A stretch of DNA of 63,751 nt, the filler included, from Octopus bimaculoides (taxonomy: Eukaryota): the NCBI RefSeq assembly GCF_001194135.2. It is 6 parts of 5 records of this genome, joined end to end, with 100 filler letters (N's around TTAATTAATTAA, not from the genome) between each part and the next. Parts side by side here need not be neighbours in the genome. Positions count along the whole stretch, not along the records: positions 21,332 to 52,613 come from NC_068992.1; 5 more parts are not named here. One strand, written 5' to 3'. The notes beneath the pieces were generated by a model. It worked only from the letters and a program-made list of their open reading frames with translations, ran no database searches and was not told where the DNA came from. A program made the translations under genes and the position numbers. Position 1 is the stretch's first letter. Each line of letters opens with the position of its first letter. Shown here in pieces: positions 26,560-38,240 of this stretch.

Positions 26560-27357
26560 TTTAAAATTTCCAACGGAGACAACGGACACCAATGGATACT
26601 TGAAAATTCTGTCATAGTTTTCTTTAATTGGTATGATCGTCACGTGAAGTTTCTCAATGACGTAGCTGTTTGTGCCTGAAGTGACGGCATTTCTAAAACA
26701 TCTTCAGGTACTGTGTAACTGCACTAGCGAGGCGCGCTAAAGTGATCCAAACTTATACAATTTCCCTTGCATTCTAAAAGTTGACATGAATCTTCCTTCT
26801 CAGACAACAAAGTTGTATTTTCTGAAGTTCTGCAAAAATATCTGAATTCCTTAGTAGTGACATTTATAAGCTGTTTGTTGCTGGGGTGCGGCTCTGGTGG
26901 ATTAGCAAAGACTGACAGATTAACAACTTCTTTACAGGAGCAGCATATTCCAGTCGTCACTTGTTTTTAATTCTTAGCTATGCACTTTTTACAATTCGTT
27001 CGGAAGCGTAATCACACACAGAATTATAGTTTTAGGCGTCTTTCCCCACCCGTTACTCATCTGTGTGTGAATAAGATCTAACCTCTGCATTTGCCTGGGA
27101 TTTTTACTCGACCTGGTGCTGCTGTAGAGTTTCAGTGTGTCTATGTGTAATCTGTCGAGCAGAATTCTGTTGAACGTAAGCCTGTTGTTCACTAATCATC
27201 TGCAGCTGTCTATCTGTAGCCTGTCTCGTAGTATTCTGTTCACAGCGAGTTTCGCATTTACTGTTAGTTTCAATTCTTCTGCGAGCTGCATTTTTTTTAC
27301 ATGGAATTTCGTCTGTCTTTTGAACCCAAACCCCGAAGAGACTTATATATATATAGA
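26560..27357 (-). mobile_element. Degenerate Helitron, Rep/Hel N-terminal region
   Basis: Frameshifted minus-strand translations: RRRIETNSKCETRCEQNTTRQATDRQ (N-terminal R/E/Q-rich region), GICCSCKEVVNLSVFANPPEP (cf. GMCCxxGKVxLP..PPEP), RKYN, FMSTFRMQGKLYKFGSL (cf. FMPTFKIQGQxYHxxGSL) and NSYV. An A|TCTATATATATAT sequence at 27357 resembles a Helitron 5' terminus. Confidence 0.8.
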
Positions 27358-27981
27358 TATGGATTGTTTGTACATCAAATAATGTATATAAGTCGAAACA
27401 AATTGTTGGCTTTTTTGGCTTTCTAATAATTTTTTTGTTATATTTTATTATAATATAAATAAATTATTGGATTGTCAATTGTATTTCTCTATTTAACTTA
27501 TTGTTTATATATNNNNNNNNNNNNNNNNNNNNNNNNNNNNNNNNNNNNNNNNNNNNNNNNNNNNNNNNNNNNNNNNNNNNNNNNNNNNNNNNNNNNNNNN
27601 NNNNNNNNNNNNNNNNNNNNNNNNNNNNNNNNNNNNNNNNNNNNNNNNNNNNNNNNNNNNNNNNNNNNNNNNNNNNNNNNNNNNNNNNNNNNNNNNNNNN
27701 NNNNNNNNNNNNNNNNNNNNNNNNNNNNNNNNNNNNNNNNNNNNNNNNNNNNNNNNNNNNNNNNNNNNNNNNNNNNNNNNNNNNNNNNNNNNNNNNNNNN
27801 NNNNNNNNNNNNNNNNNNNNNNNNNNNNNNNNNNNNNNNNNNNNNNNNNNNNNNNNNNNNNNNNNNNNNNNNNNNNNNNNNNNNNNNNNNNNNNNNNNNN
27901 NNNNNNNNNNNNNNNNNNNNNNNNNNNNNNNNNNNNNNNNNNNNNNNNNNNNNNNNNNNNNNNNNNNNNNNNNNNNNNNNN

Positions 27982-28117
27982 TTAACTTAATTGTTTCAGT
28001 CAATGCAATGCGGCCATGTTAGGGTACCGTCTCCGTCCCCTGTATTTGTGTTTTAAACTCTGGTCCTTATTCTATCAGTTTTTTGCTAAACCGCTAGATT
28101 ACGGGGACATACACAAA

Positions 28118-28130
<13 letters not shown>
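27982..28130 (-). mobile_element. SINE family B, 3' part
   Basis: gtttcagtcaatgcaatgcggccatg...ccgctagattacggggac. Confidence 0.8.
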
Positions 28131-28159
<29 letters not shown>

Positions 28160-28214
28160 ACATGCATACATACATATATACATACATACATACACTAGGT
28201 ATACGTGCCAACGA

Positions 28215-28375
28215 TTGTATTTCTGTGTGCTCCCTAGGCAAGCAAGAAATAGCAGCCAAATCACCCTGTAATTCCACTTGTGCCTTCTAAGAAAAATTCG
28301 AACAGTACGCATAGTACTTGATACATTATTATGCCTCAATAAAAGAGATGATCACGCTTGGAACGTCATTGAATA
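28215..28375 (+). mobile_element. Dispersed repeat family C (probable SINE)
   Basis: Shares gaaatagcagccaaat with 52085-52190 and 59683-59910. Confidence 0.5.
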
Positions 28376-28535
28376 TATATTCAATCAATCACAACTGATT
28401 CAACTTTGAACAACAACGGAAAAAGTAAGAAAACGGATAGAAAAGAAGAGAGATAAATGAAGAGAATGTTAATGAGAGGGAGAGGAAAAAGGAAAGTGAA
28501 ATAGAGCGGTATTAAGAGAGTGAAAAAGAGAGAGG

Positions 28536-28595
<60 letters not shown>

Positions 28596-28974
28596 AAACC
28601 ACACCCACCTATAATGTTATTACTCGGTGCATGTTCCGTGATGTTGATACTGCAGGAGTGAGGTGGAATGATGAGGGCAGTTTGAAGTCCTGTAGATGTT
28701 GGTTGCTCTGTTTTTGACACGATCACGTGACGGCAGTTGTCTTTGCTGATGTCACCTGGCGGATGTTGGCAACAACTACCGGAAGCTGCATGTAACAGTG
28801 ACTACAAATAGAAATAGAGACAACTGAGATATGAAGTCCCAAAAAACAAGCAACATGCTGTGGTTTTTATGCAATAATTTATAATTAGTTGAGTGTTTTT
28901 GAGTTCGAATCTAGTCGACGTCGACTGTGCGTTTTAGCGTTCACGGAGAGCAATAAATATGTGATTGACCCATA

Positions 28975-29190
28975 TATTGATTTCAAATTTTGGCACAAGG
29001 TCAGCTAACTCAGGGAGTGGGTAAGTTGATTATATCGACCCTATTGTTCAAACGGTATTTATTTCGTTGACCCCGAAAGGGTAAAAGGCAAAATCGACCT
29101 CCAGATTTGAATTCAGAATGTTGTAACGAACAAAATACCGCTGAGCATTTTCCCCGGCATGTTAAAGATTTTGTCAGCTTGCTGCCTTGC
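28975..29190 (-). mobile_element. SINE family A
   Basis: tttcaaattttggcacaagg...gatttgaattcagaatg...gcttgctgcc. Confidence 0.88.
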
Positions 29191-29234
29191 ACTTGTCATA
29201 TACTGGAGTCGATATTATTGAATGGTCCCTCCCC

Positions 29235-29420
29235 CACTTCAGAATCGAGACGTTAAAACCCTATGTTATTGAAAAGCATGTAGATTGGCAGAACGGTTAA
29301 AACGCCAGAAAATTGTCATTGGTGATTATTTACAGCATTTTACGTTCTAAGTTCAAATCACAACGCGGTCAACTTTGCCTTTTATACTGCAGGGGGTCGA
29401 TGAAATAAAATATCAGTTAA
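29235..29420 (+). mobile_element. SINE family A, degenerate
   Basis: ttggcagaacggtt head, agttcaaatc B box, ggggtcgatgaaataaa. Confidence 0.7.
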
Positions 29421-29499
29421 GTTAAATCTGTCTCGAACCAACAAGTTTATTAGGCCGAAGTTTATTTTAGTTTTCGTGACAGTTTAAACGTTACGGGTA

Positions 29500-29700
29500 T
29501 GAAATCTCTCCAGCCTTGAATGGGTCGCCAGTCCGTCTTAAGGATGATTTCCAGATATCGTTGGTACTCATTTTCAGCTGTGTGGATTAGAACAACAGGA
29601 AACGAAGTGTCTTGCTCAAGGATATGACGTGCCATCCAAACTGAGATTTGAACTCTCGCCTTTGCGATCGTAAGCCCTACAACTCCAACGCCTGAGCCAG
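29500..29700 (-). mobile_element. tRNA-derived SINE with a Meta/V-type conserved central domain (tentative)
   Basis: Reverse complement contains gagttcaaatctc, ccttgagcaagacact, ccacacagctgaaaatgagtacc and gacggactggcgacccattca, resembling widespread metazoan SINE cores. Superfamily not verified. Confidence 0.5.
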
Positions 29701-29808
29701 TTTAATAAAATACCAGTTTAGTACTGTTCTCGATATAATTCACTACCCTCTGTCCCTGTATTTCTGGATATATATCTATGTAATGTATTTATTGTTGCTG
29801 TTATTAGT

Positions 29809-30378
29809 GAGGCAGCGAGCTGGCTGAATCGTTACCGCGCCGGGCAAAATGCTTAGCAGCATTTCGTCCGTCTTGAAGTTCTGAGTTCAAATTCTGCCGA
29901 AATTGACTTTACATTTCATCCTTCCGAAGTCGATAAAATAAATACCAGTTGAGCACTGAGGATGATGTAATCGACTTATTCTCTTCACCGAAATTGCTGG
30001 CTTTGTACAAAAATTTGCAACCGTTATTATTAAGGTGGCGAATTAGTGGAATAGTTAGCATGCTGGACAAAATGCTCAGCGACATTTCGTCTCCCTTTAC
30101 GTCCCGAGTTCAAATTCCACCTAGGTCATATTTGCTTCTTATTCTTTCTGGGTCGATAAAATAAATACCAACTCAACACTGGGGTCGATGTAATCAACAA
30201 GTCTTTCTCCCAGCAAATTTTAGGCTTTGAGCCTATAGTAGAAAGGATTATTAAGGTGGCGAATCGTTTGCTCGCCAGGCAAAATTCTTAGCAGTATCTC
30301 GTCCCATGTTAGGTTCTGAGTTCAACTTCAACCGAGGTCGATTTTACCTTTTATTCTTTCTGGGTCGATGAAATAAGA
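29809..30378 (+). mobile_element. Three head-to-tail SINE family A copies
   Basis: Copies at 29809-30022, 30034-30246 and 30255-30378, separated by gttattattaa and attattaa. Confidence 0.9.
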
Positions 30379-30384
30379 ACTAGC

Positions 30385-30850
30385 AGAACAACAAGAACCA
30401 CAAAAACAACAGCAACAACAGCAACAAGTTAATATGCTGCAGGAATCTGTACATCTTTTTTTTACAGCAAACGCAGCAACAATAGAAACCACAATTGCAT
30501 TAAGAAGAAAACCATCAGAAGCCTCAACACCACCAGTAACAACAACAACAACAACAACAACCACAACAACAACAACAACCACAACAACGACGACGACGAC
30601 GACAACAGCTGCAGCAACAACAGCATGACCCCTGTAGACATCATGTCAGAGGAATTTCTACATCTATTTCATAACATATTTCATCACCACGAGAGCAACA
30701 AAAGCACCAACACCCATAGCAACAACAACAACAACAACAAAAACAACAACAGTGGCAGTAGTAACCATCGCAACCGCTACAAAAGCAGCAGCATCAGCAG
30801 CAGCGGCAGCAGCAACAACGACAACGACAACAGCATTAACCACGTGACCC
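30385..30850. repeat. (CAA/CAG)n low-complexity region with internal ~200-bp duplication
   Basis: Direct reading. Repeated anchors aggaat..tacatct and tgacccctgta.acatc. Confidence 0.85.
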
Positions 30851-30985
30851 CTGTACACATCGTACATGTCATAAAAATCTCGTCGGTTCAACTATGAGGT
30901 CAACTTATCCAGATAATTTGGTAAAATAAAACCGAGTCATTAATTTCAAGCGGTGAAACTAACTTTAAATAAACAAACAACAAGT

Positions 30986-30999
30986 AGCTGCTGCTGCTG

Positions 31000-31064
<65 letters not shown>

Positions 31065-31065
31065 A
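30986..31065. repeat. Compound (CTG)n(CTA)n(CTG)n microsatellite
   Basis: Direct reading. Confidence 0.95.
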
Positions 31066-31152
31066 CAACAAACAATGACAACAACCACTTCTTAACTGAA
31101 ACATGATTGGTGAAACATGAAACATCTGCTACGAAAAGCAAAAGAAGCTTGA

Positions 31153-31154
<2 letters not shown>

Positions 31155-31224
<70 letters not shown>

Positions 31225-31447
31225 CCTCTCTCCGCTGTCTTTCTCTATCTCTTTCTCTTCCTCTTTGTTTTCTTGCCCCCTCTCTTTGTCTATCTGTCTT
31301 TCTCTCTATCTCTCTCACCTAGTTTTTCTCTCAATTTGTTTCACTCTCTTCTGCCGCATCACTCGAAGTGAGTCTCTCTCTCTATCTCTCTCTCTCTCTG
31401 TCTTTCCCTCTCTCTCTAGCTTTCCCTCTCTCTCTCTCTTTTTCTCC

Positions 31448-31482
<35 letters not shown>

Positions 31483-31492
31483 NNNNNNNNNN

Positions 31493-31533
<41 letters not shown>

Positions 31534-31545
31534 GTCGAGAGAGAT
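31155..31545. repeat. (CT)n-rich microsatellite region
   Basis: Direct reading. Confidence 0.95.
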
Positions 31546-31710
31546 TCGCATGAAATCAGGATTTAATCAGTTCTATATGAAAAGGTGTGTGCTGGTGAAG
31601 CATGTCTAGATATACGCATATGTACTTACAAATTATAAAAAGCTAAAGGCATCCTTCTCGAGCCCTATGAACCCATAAGAGTAGGTTTTGCAGCTTCAGT
31701 GGTGTATAGA

Positions 31711-31745
31711 TACGAGGTGATATCAAAAAGTTCCCGGACTAGATT
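31711..31745 (+). mobile_element. Mariner-like terminal inverted repeat (solo end)
   Basis: TA|CGAGGTGATATCAAAAAGTTCCCGGACT matches the typical mariner TA|CGAGG...CAAAAAGTT..CGGACT end. No partner TIR found. Confidence 0.6.
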
Positions 31746-32489
31746 TGTAGCAGTCTGTAATGTTTTTAGGTGATTAGTTGAAGGGAAAGATGAAGTGCGC
31801 AAGAAAAAGAGGGTAAGACGAAGAATGAGAGAGAAAGTGGGAGAGTGCTGTGTATTAAGTCTCTAAAATTGTGCATAAATATATAAAGTGTATATATAAA
31901 GTGCATTAAGTAATCATCGTATTCCATTTTCCAGTATAAGTTTCCATCTTGTTCTAAAATGTTTGCGGTGGGACATCGAACGTCTTACTGTATTGCATTG
32001 TAATTGCCATTCGTGAACAAAATCGAGCTCAAGGTCTGTCCTTGTGGCGCTGTCATAGCTTCTGTGCTTCAATGAATGTGAACGTTATGCCAGCAGAGTC
32101 CAAGCTCCTGTTTGGGCTACCCGTGCTGGACAGGTCAAAGGATAGAGGCCAGACTAATACATACATACATACACCAAGCCTTCAATGTAAACAACGTAAA
32201 ATCGGCATCGTTTTTATTTCTTTTACTCTTACGTCTCTTATTCCTTTTACTTCTCTTTGATAAAAAGGTATAATCCGAAACTTGTATCACTTTCATTTGA
32301 AGTAGTCACTTCTATTGTCCATCTTCTATGATTGGTATGTTTCGTTTAATTTTTTTTTTTTTTTGCTTTCTCCAATGCGCATTTTACTAACTATATATAT
32401 TATGTATTTGTTTGTCTTCTCCTTACCTCATAATATTTCCCACTTTTTATCGATATATATGCCCATACATACATAATACGCACACACAA

Positions 32490-32520
<31 letters not shown>

Positions 32521-32884
32521 TACATACATACGTACAAAATTTAGCATATCAGTATATATGCACATGTCTAGACATGCAACTTGATGTAAGAATAATTATA
32601 CACAAAACAAAACGTACAAATCTGCATCTGCACTGACTCCAAATATTTTCACACATACACACTCAAATATTCATAACCACCCTGCTGATGTTGTTGAAAT
32701 TCCAATGAAAGAGACTTGGATCTAGGTTAGAAACCGGCTCTTTCTCCCTTGGTGAGAAATCTAAAAATAAACTAAGTAACAACATACATACATGCATACA
32801 TATTATTGGCATGAGGTCGTTCATTGAGACACTACAACTTCTGGCTCGCAGATGTGCTGTCTCCCCGCGCTCTCTCTTTCTCTC

Positions 32885-32940
<56 letters not shown>

Positions 32941-33114
32941 NNNNNNNNNNNNNNNNNNNNNNNNNNNNNNNNNNNNNNNNNNNNNNNNNNNNNNNNNNNN
33001 NNNNNNNNNNNNNNNNNNNNNNNNNNNNNNNNNNNNNNNNNNNNNNNNNNNNNNNNNNNNNNNNNNNNNNNNNNNNNNNNNNNNNNNNNNNNNNNNNNNN
33101 NNNNNNNNNNNNNN

Positions 33115-33175
<61 letters not shown>

Positions 33176-33180
<5 letters not shown>

Positions 33181-33310
33181 CTCCTATACTCGTTCCTTTC
33201 TTACTAGAGCATCTAACCTTTGGAATTCTCTCTTTCTCTCCCTCCTTCCCTATACATGTCTCTTCTTCTAACTGTAAAACAAGAACGGTAACTGCATCGA
33301 TCTCACTGGA
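33176..33310 (+). mobile_element. LINE (CR1/L2/Jockey-like) ORF2 3'-end remnant
   Basis: Translation TNSYTRSFLTRASNLWNSL matches the SFF.R...LWNSLP motif near the ORF2 C-terminus. Confidence 0.7.
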
Positions 33311-34244
33311 GAATTGATATCGGCGTGGTTATCGTTCCTGTTGAAATGTTGGAAGTCAGCTGTTGACACAAGCTGTCTCAGAAAGCCTTACAACAATATG
33401 GGCACAACCCTTTTCTCCAGAAAGTGTTCTCCGCACTCAGGACGAGGGAAGGGTAAAGACACATTTCGTGTTTTCGGGGGTTGAATTTTCGCTTCCTTCT
33501 TGCTGTACTTCAGCACGCACGTACGCACGCACATGCACACACACACACACGCACATGCACACGCGCGCGCGCGCACACACAAACACACAATAATAATCAT
33601 ATACTCGTTTACTAGGCATTGATTACATGACTGAAAGTACATCCAACATACGCCTACACACACACGCATACACTTATACGCATACATATATAATAAATGC
33701 ATAGCAAATATTATGTGTAAGTATGCATGTATATGCGTACGCATTTACGTAGGTATACATGCTTCTGTATAATGTATTTGTATGTATAAAGAGTGTGTGT
33801 ACTATTTTCGTTCATCTAAGCGAGATGTTTAATCTCTGACAGTGCACAACGATTCGATATGTTGTAGGTGCTTTGGTTTTATAATTATGTAAATTAAATT
33901 TTTAAAAAAAGGTAAAAAAAGCGAGAAGTATTAACCGCAAATATATTCTATAAAATGTATACAATATTTATCCCAAGTTACTGCGGTCCATTTAACTATT
34001 TCGCTGACTATTCACCTGCTCAGCCGCTGTTGAATTAAAGATGATTGCACATTTAGCCACGTACAAAATATAGCAGTTGTTGGCATCACTACCGGTTGGT
34101 TGGTTGGTTGGTTGGTTGATTGATGGTTTATAAATAACAGGGAACGAACAAAGCTGTAAGTGATCACTTTATGTATTACCGAGAAATAACTGGCTAAGAA
34201 AGAATAAGGAGAGCGCATTTCAGAGTGAACTCCTTTGTGCGTGT

Positions 34245-34278
<34 letters not shown>

Positions 34279-35546
34279 NNNNNNNNNNNNNNNNNNNNNN
34301 NNNNNNNNNNNNNNNNNNNNNNNNNNNNNNNNNNNNNNNNNNNNNNNNNNNNNNNNNNNNNNNNNNNNNNNNNNNNNNNNNNNNNNNNNNNNNNNNNNNN
34401 NNNNNNNNNNNNNNNNNNNNNNNNNNNNNNNNNNNNNNNNNNNNNNNNNNNNNNNNNNNNNNNNNNNNNNNNNNNNNNNNNNNNNNNNNNNNNNNNNNNN
34501 NNNNNNNNNNNNNNNNNNNNNNNNNNNNNNNNNNNNNNNNNNNNNNNNNNNNNNNNNNNNNNNNNNNNNNNNNNNNNNNNNNNNNNNNNNNNNNNNNNNN
34601 NNNNNNNNNNNNNNNNNNNNNNNNNNNNNNNNNNNNNNNNNNNNATATATACATACATATACATATATACATACATATACATATATAAATACATATACAT
34701 ATATAAATACATATACATATACATACATATACATACATATACATATACATACATATACATATACACATACATATCTATATACACATATATATATATATAC
34801 ACATACATACATACATACATACATACATAAATACATACATACATAAATATCAAACAATGAGAATGAGACCTCAATATCGCATTAGGGGATAAAGATTCTT
34901 TATCTGTGCATGAAGGCTACCATTGGTTTCATATTAAGGAATACCTCTACAATTTTCCAGTCTATCACATGGAAACATCAATGTTCGTCTCTCTTTTGAA
35001 TTTAAAATGTTTTAATCTAAAATGGAAACGAACAACGATGTTTCTATGTGATAGACTTATATGTATGTATGTGTGTGTATATATATATGTATGTTTATGT
35101 ATACATGTATACACAATGCCAATTACACAATTACGTTCTATGATGTGCGCGTGTATATGTATATATACACACACACACACACATATACATACACACATAT
35201 ACATACACGCATATACATACACACATGCCTAGATACATAATCGTAGATATAGCGAGATAAAGAGAAAAAGAAAGAAATACTTCGTCGTATTCATTAAGAT
35301 TACATTTTTTTTCAGAGAGTCAGTACGACCGGTTAGGACAGGATGGTCACGGCTGAGAGAGGGCGAAAGAACAGGAACAAATGGAATGCTTCGCATCATT
35401 AATTAGAAAGCACACACCCTTAAGCAAACTGATTCGCAAACACATTTTTAAGTATGTGTACACGGACACAAACAGATGTACGCATATACACACACATAGA
35501 GGTAGAGAGAGAGAGATGTTCGCATAGAAGAATATACTTACGCATG

Positions 35547-35590
<44 letters not shown>

Positions 35591-36112
35591 NNNNNNNNNN
35601 NNNNNNNNNNNNNNNNNNNNNNNNNNNNNNNNNNNNNNNNNNNNNNNNNNNNNNNNNNNNNNNNNNNNNNNNNNNNNNNNNNNNNNNNNNNNNNNNNNNN
35701 NNNNNNNNNNNNNNNNNNNNNNNNNNNNNNNNNNNNNNNNNNNNNNNNNNNNNNNNNNNNNNNNNNNNNNNNNNNNNNNNNNNNNNNNNNNNNNNNNNNN
35801 NNNNNNNNNNNNNNNNNNNNNNNNNNNNNNNNNNNNNNNNNNNNNNNNNNNNNNNNNNNNNNNNNNNNNNNNNNNNNNNNNNNNNNNNNNNNNNNNNNNN
35901 NNNNNNNNNNNNNNNNNNNNNNNNNNNNNNNNNNNNNNNNNNNNNNNNNNNNNNNNNNNNNNNNNNNNNNNNNNNNNNNNNNNNNNNNNNNNNNNNNNNN
36001 NNNNNNNNNNNNNNNNNNNNNNNNNNNNNNNNNNNNNNNNNNNNNNNNNNNNNNNNNNNNNNNNNNNNNNNNNNNNNNNNNNNNNNNNNNNNNNNNNNNN
36101 NNNNNNNNNNNN

Positions 36113-36154
<42 letters not shown>

Positions 36155-36339
36155 ATGCGTTTTAGATGACATTAGCTTGTCAGCTGAAGCTAATACTGAG
36201 AGTATGAAAGAATGAGTAAAAAGACAAAGTTTTACTTGGGTGGAAATCGAACACGGGGCGCATAAAGCCGGAACAAATGTCATTAAGTACGTAATGCATC
36301 CGATGCTTTAATGCTGAGGTCTGCAACTGCTGAGCAGCG

Positions 36340-36500
36340 GCCTCAACGTAGGCCATCGATGTGTTCTGGGACGACCGGTGTTGGTCTGTTTACGTCCCCG
36401 ATAGTGAAATCGATCTGTTCGACTAAACCCTTCAAGGCGATGCCCCAGCATGATCACAGTCTAATGACTAAGACAAGTAAACGGAAAAAGACACGTTTTA
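36340..36500 (+). mobile_element. SINE family B, internally deleted 3' part
   Basis: gtttacgtcccc...gttcgactaaacccttcaaggcgatgccccagcatgatcacagtc..tgactaagacaagtaaa. Confidence 0.8.
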
Positions 36501-36594
36501 ATATACATATGGACCAGAGGCAAGTGCAACACAATCGGAAATGACGCTTTACGAAAAAAAGTTGCTGATCTAATTAAGTCACAAATTAGTAGTT

Positions 36595-37344
36595 TTAAAT
36601 AGCTCCATGATATTGGTTTCAAATTTTGGCACAAGGCCAGCAATTTTGGGGGAGGGGTTATACCGATTACATCGACCCCAGTGTTCAACTGGTACTTATT
36701 TTATCGAACCGGAAAGGATGAAAAGCAAAGTTGACCTCGACGGAACTTGAACTCAGACCAAAAAAACGGACGAAATGTCGCTAAGCATTTTACCCGGCTG
36801 CCTTAAATAGCTCCACAATATTCTTATTTCTTTATTGCCCACAAGGGGCTACACACAGAGGGAACAAACAAGGAGAGACAAACAGATTAAGTCGATTATA
36901 TCGACCCCAGTGCGTAACTGGTACTTATTTTAATCGACCCCGAAAGGATGAAAGGTAAAGTTGACCTCGGCGGAATTTGAACTCAGAACGTAGCGTCAGA
37001 CGAAATACCGCTAAGCATTTCGCCCGGCATGCTAACGTTTCTGCCAGCTCGCCGCCTTAATAACTTAATAGCTCCACAATATTCTTTTCTACTCTAGGCA
37101 CAAGGCCCGAAATTTTGGGGGAGGGGTGTCAGTCGATTAGATCGACCCCAGTACACAACTNNNNNNNNNNGGAGGGGTGTCAGTCGATTAGATCGACCCC
37201 AGTACACAACTGGTACTTAATTTATCGACCCCGAAAGGATAAAAGGCAAAGCCGACCGTAAAGACAGACGAAACACCACTAAGCATTTTGCCAAGCGTGC
37301 TAACTATTCGGCCAGCACGCCGTCTTAAATAGCTCCACAATATT
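36595..37344 (-). mobile_element. Array of three SINE family A subtypes separated by four copies of a 19-20-bp target repeat
   Basis: Repeats TTAAATAGCTCCATGATATT 36595-36614, TTAAATAGCTCCACAATATT 36803-36822, TTAATAGCTCCACAATATT 37065-37083 and TTAAATAGCTCCACAATATT 37325-37344. SINEs at 36615-36802, 36823-37056 and 37084-37324 have different 3' tails. Confidence 0.93.
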
Positions 37345-37377
37345 GAAAATTAGATTGTCAATCTAATTTACAAATTC

Positions 37378-37592
37378 AAGATGGCGAGCTGGTAGAATCG
37401 ATAGAACGACGGACAAAATGCTTAGTTGCATTTGTTCTGGCTTTACGTTCCGAGTTCAAATTCCGTCGAGATCGACTTTGCTTTCAGCCTTTCAAGATCG
37501 ACAAAATAAGTATTAGTTGAGCATTGTGCTCGACGTGATCGACTGTCACTTTCCCTCAAATTTTCAGGCCTTTTGCCTGTTGTAGAAAGAAT
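37378..37592 (+). mobile_element. SINE family A
   Basis: atggcgagctggtagaatcg head, gagttcaaattcc B box, ggccttttgcctgttgtagaaaga tail. Confidence 0.88.
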
Positions 37593-38035
37593 TGTAGTAA
37601 TTCAGCGATTTCGTTGTGTCAGAGTGGAGTTTTATTTATTTATTTTTTTTCTCTAGGAAATACAATGTCGTTTGTCTGTGGGCATAGCATCGTTCGTAAA
37701 AGGCTACTAAACGCAGGACTAGATCTTCAGGCTGAAGGATGGATGTATTATTAACAATCCTGTCGTGCATTAGTCACAAAAAATTATCATGAAAGCGTCA
37801 AGAGACAGCAAACACAACCTCGTATGTTTTTAAAGAAGGCTGGCTCTTCTAGTCATGCCTATGTCAATTAACGGACTTCAGATTTATTATAATCTATAAA
37901 AATGTATGGGATATTTACCACAAGTTACTTCGCGAGACATTCGGTCGTTTCTGTGATTATTCACCTCGTCAGATATTGTGGTTTAACTCAGAGCAGATCA
38001 TTTTTTCTTTTTCATTTTTTTTTTTTCATGCGTGA

Positions 38036-38240
38036 CGTTGGTGAATTGGCAGAATCGTTAAAAAGTTAATCAAAATGCTTTGCTGTATTCATTCCGGTTA
38101 CTCATGCTCTGGGTTCAAATCCAACGAGCCCAACTTTACCTTTCACTCTTCCGAATTCGATAAAATATTATATCAGTCATATATTGGGGTCAGTTGAATC
38201 GGCTAACTTCCTCCCTTAAAATTCCAGGCTTTATGCCGAC
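38036..38240 (+). mobile_element. SINE family A, diverged
   Basis: ggtgaattggcagaatcgtt...gggttcaaatcc...aaattccaggctttatgcc. Confidence 0.8.

Noticed and set aside
28720-28790. E-box CACGTG (28724) and ETS CCGGAAG (28779) as a possible promoter
   Set aside because: Short motifs are expected by chance, and there is no adjacent supported exon.
36595-37344. CRISPR array interpretation of the repeat-spacer pattern
   Set aside because: The context is eukaryotic, there are no cas genes, and the spacers are ~190-240-bp homologous SINEs. Target-site duplication explains the pattern.
37657-37770. Strong acceptor ttttttctctag followed by EIQCRLSVGIASFVKGY*
   Set aside because: It stops early, has no donor, and more likely is a decayed RTE-like LINE fragment. 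Too weak to annotate.
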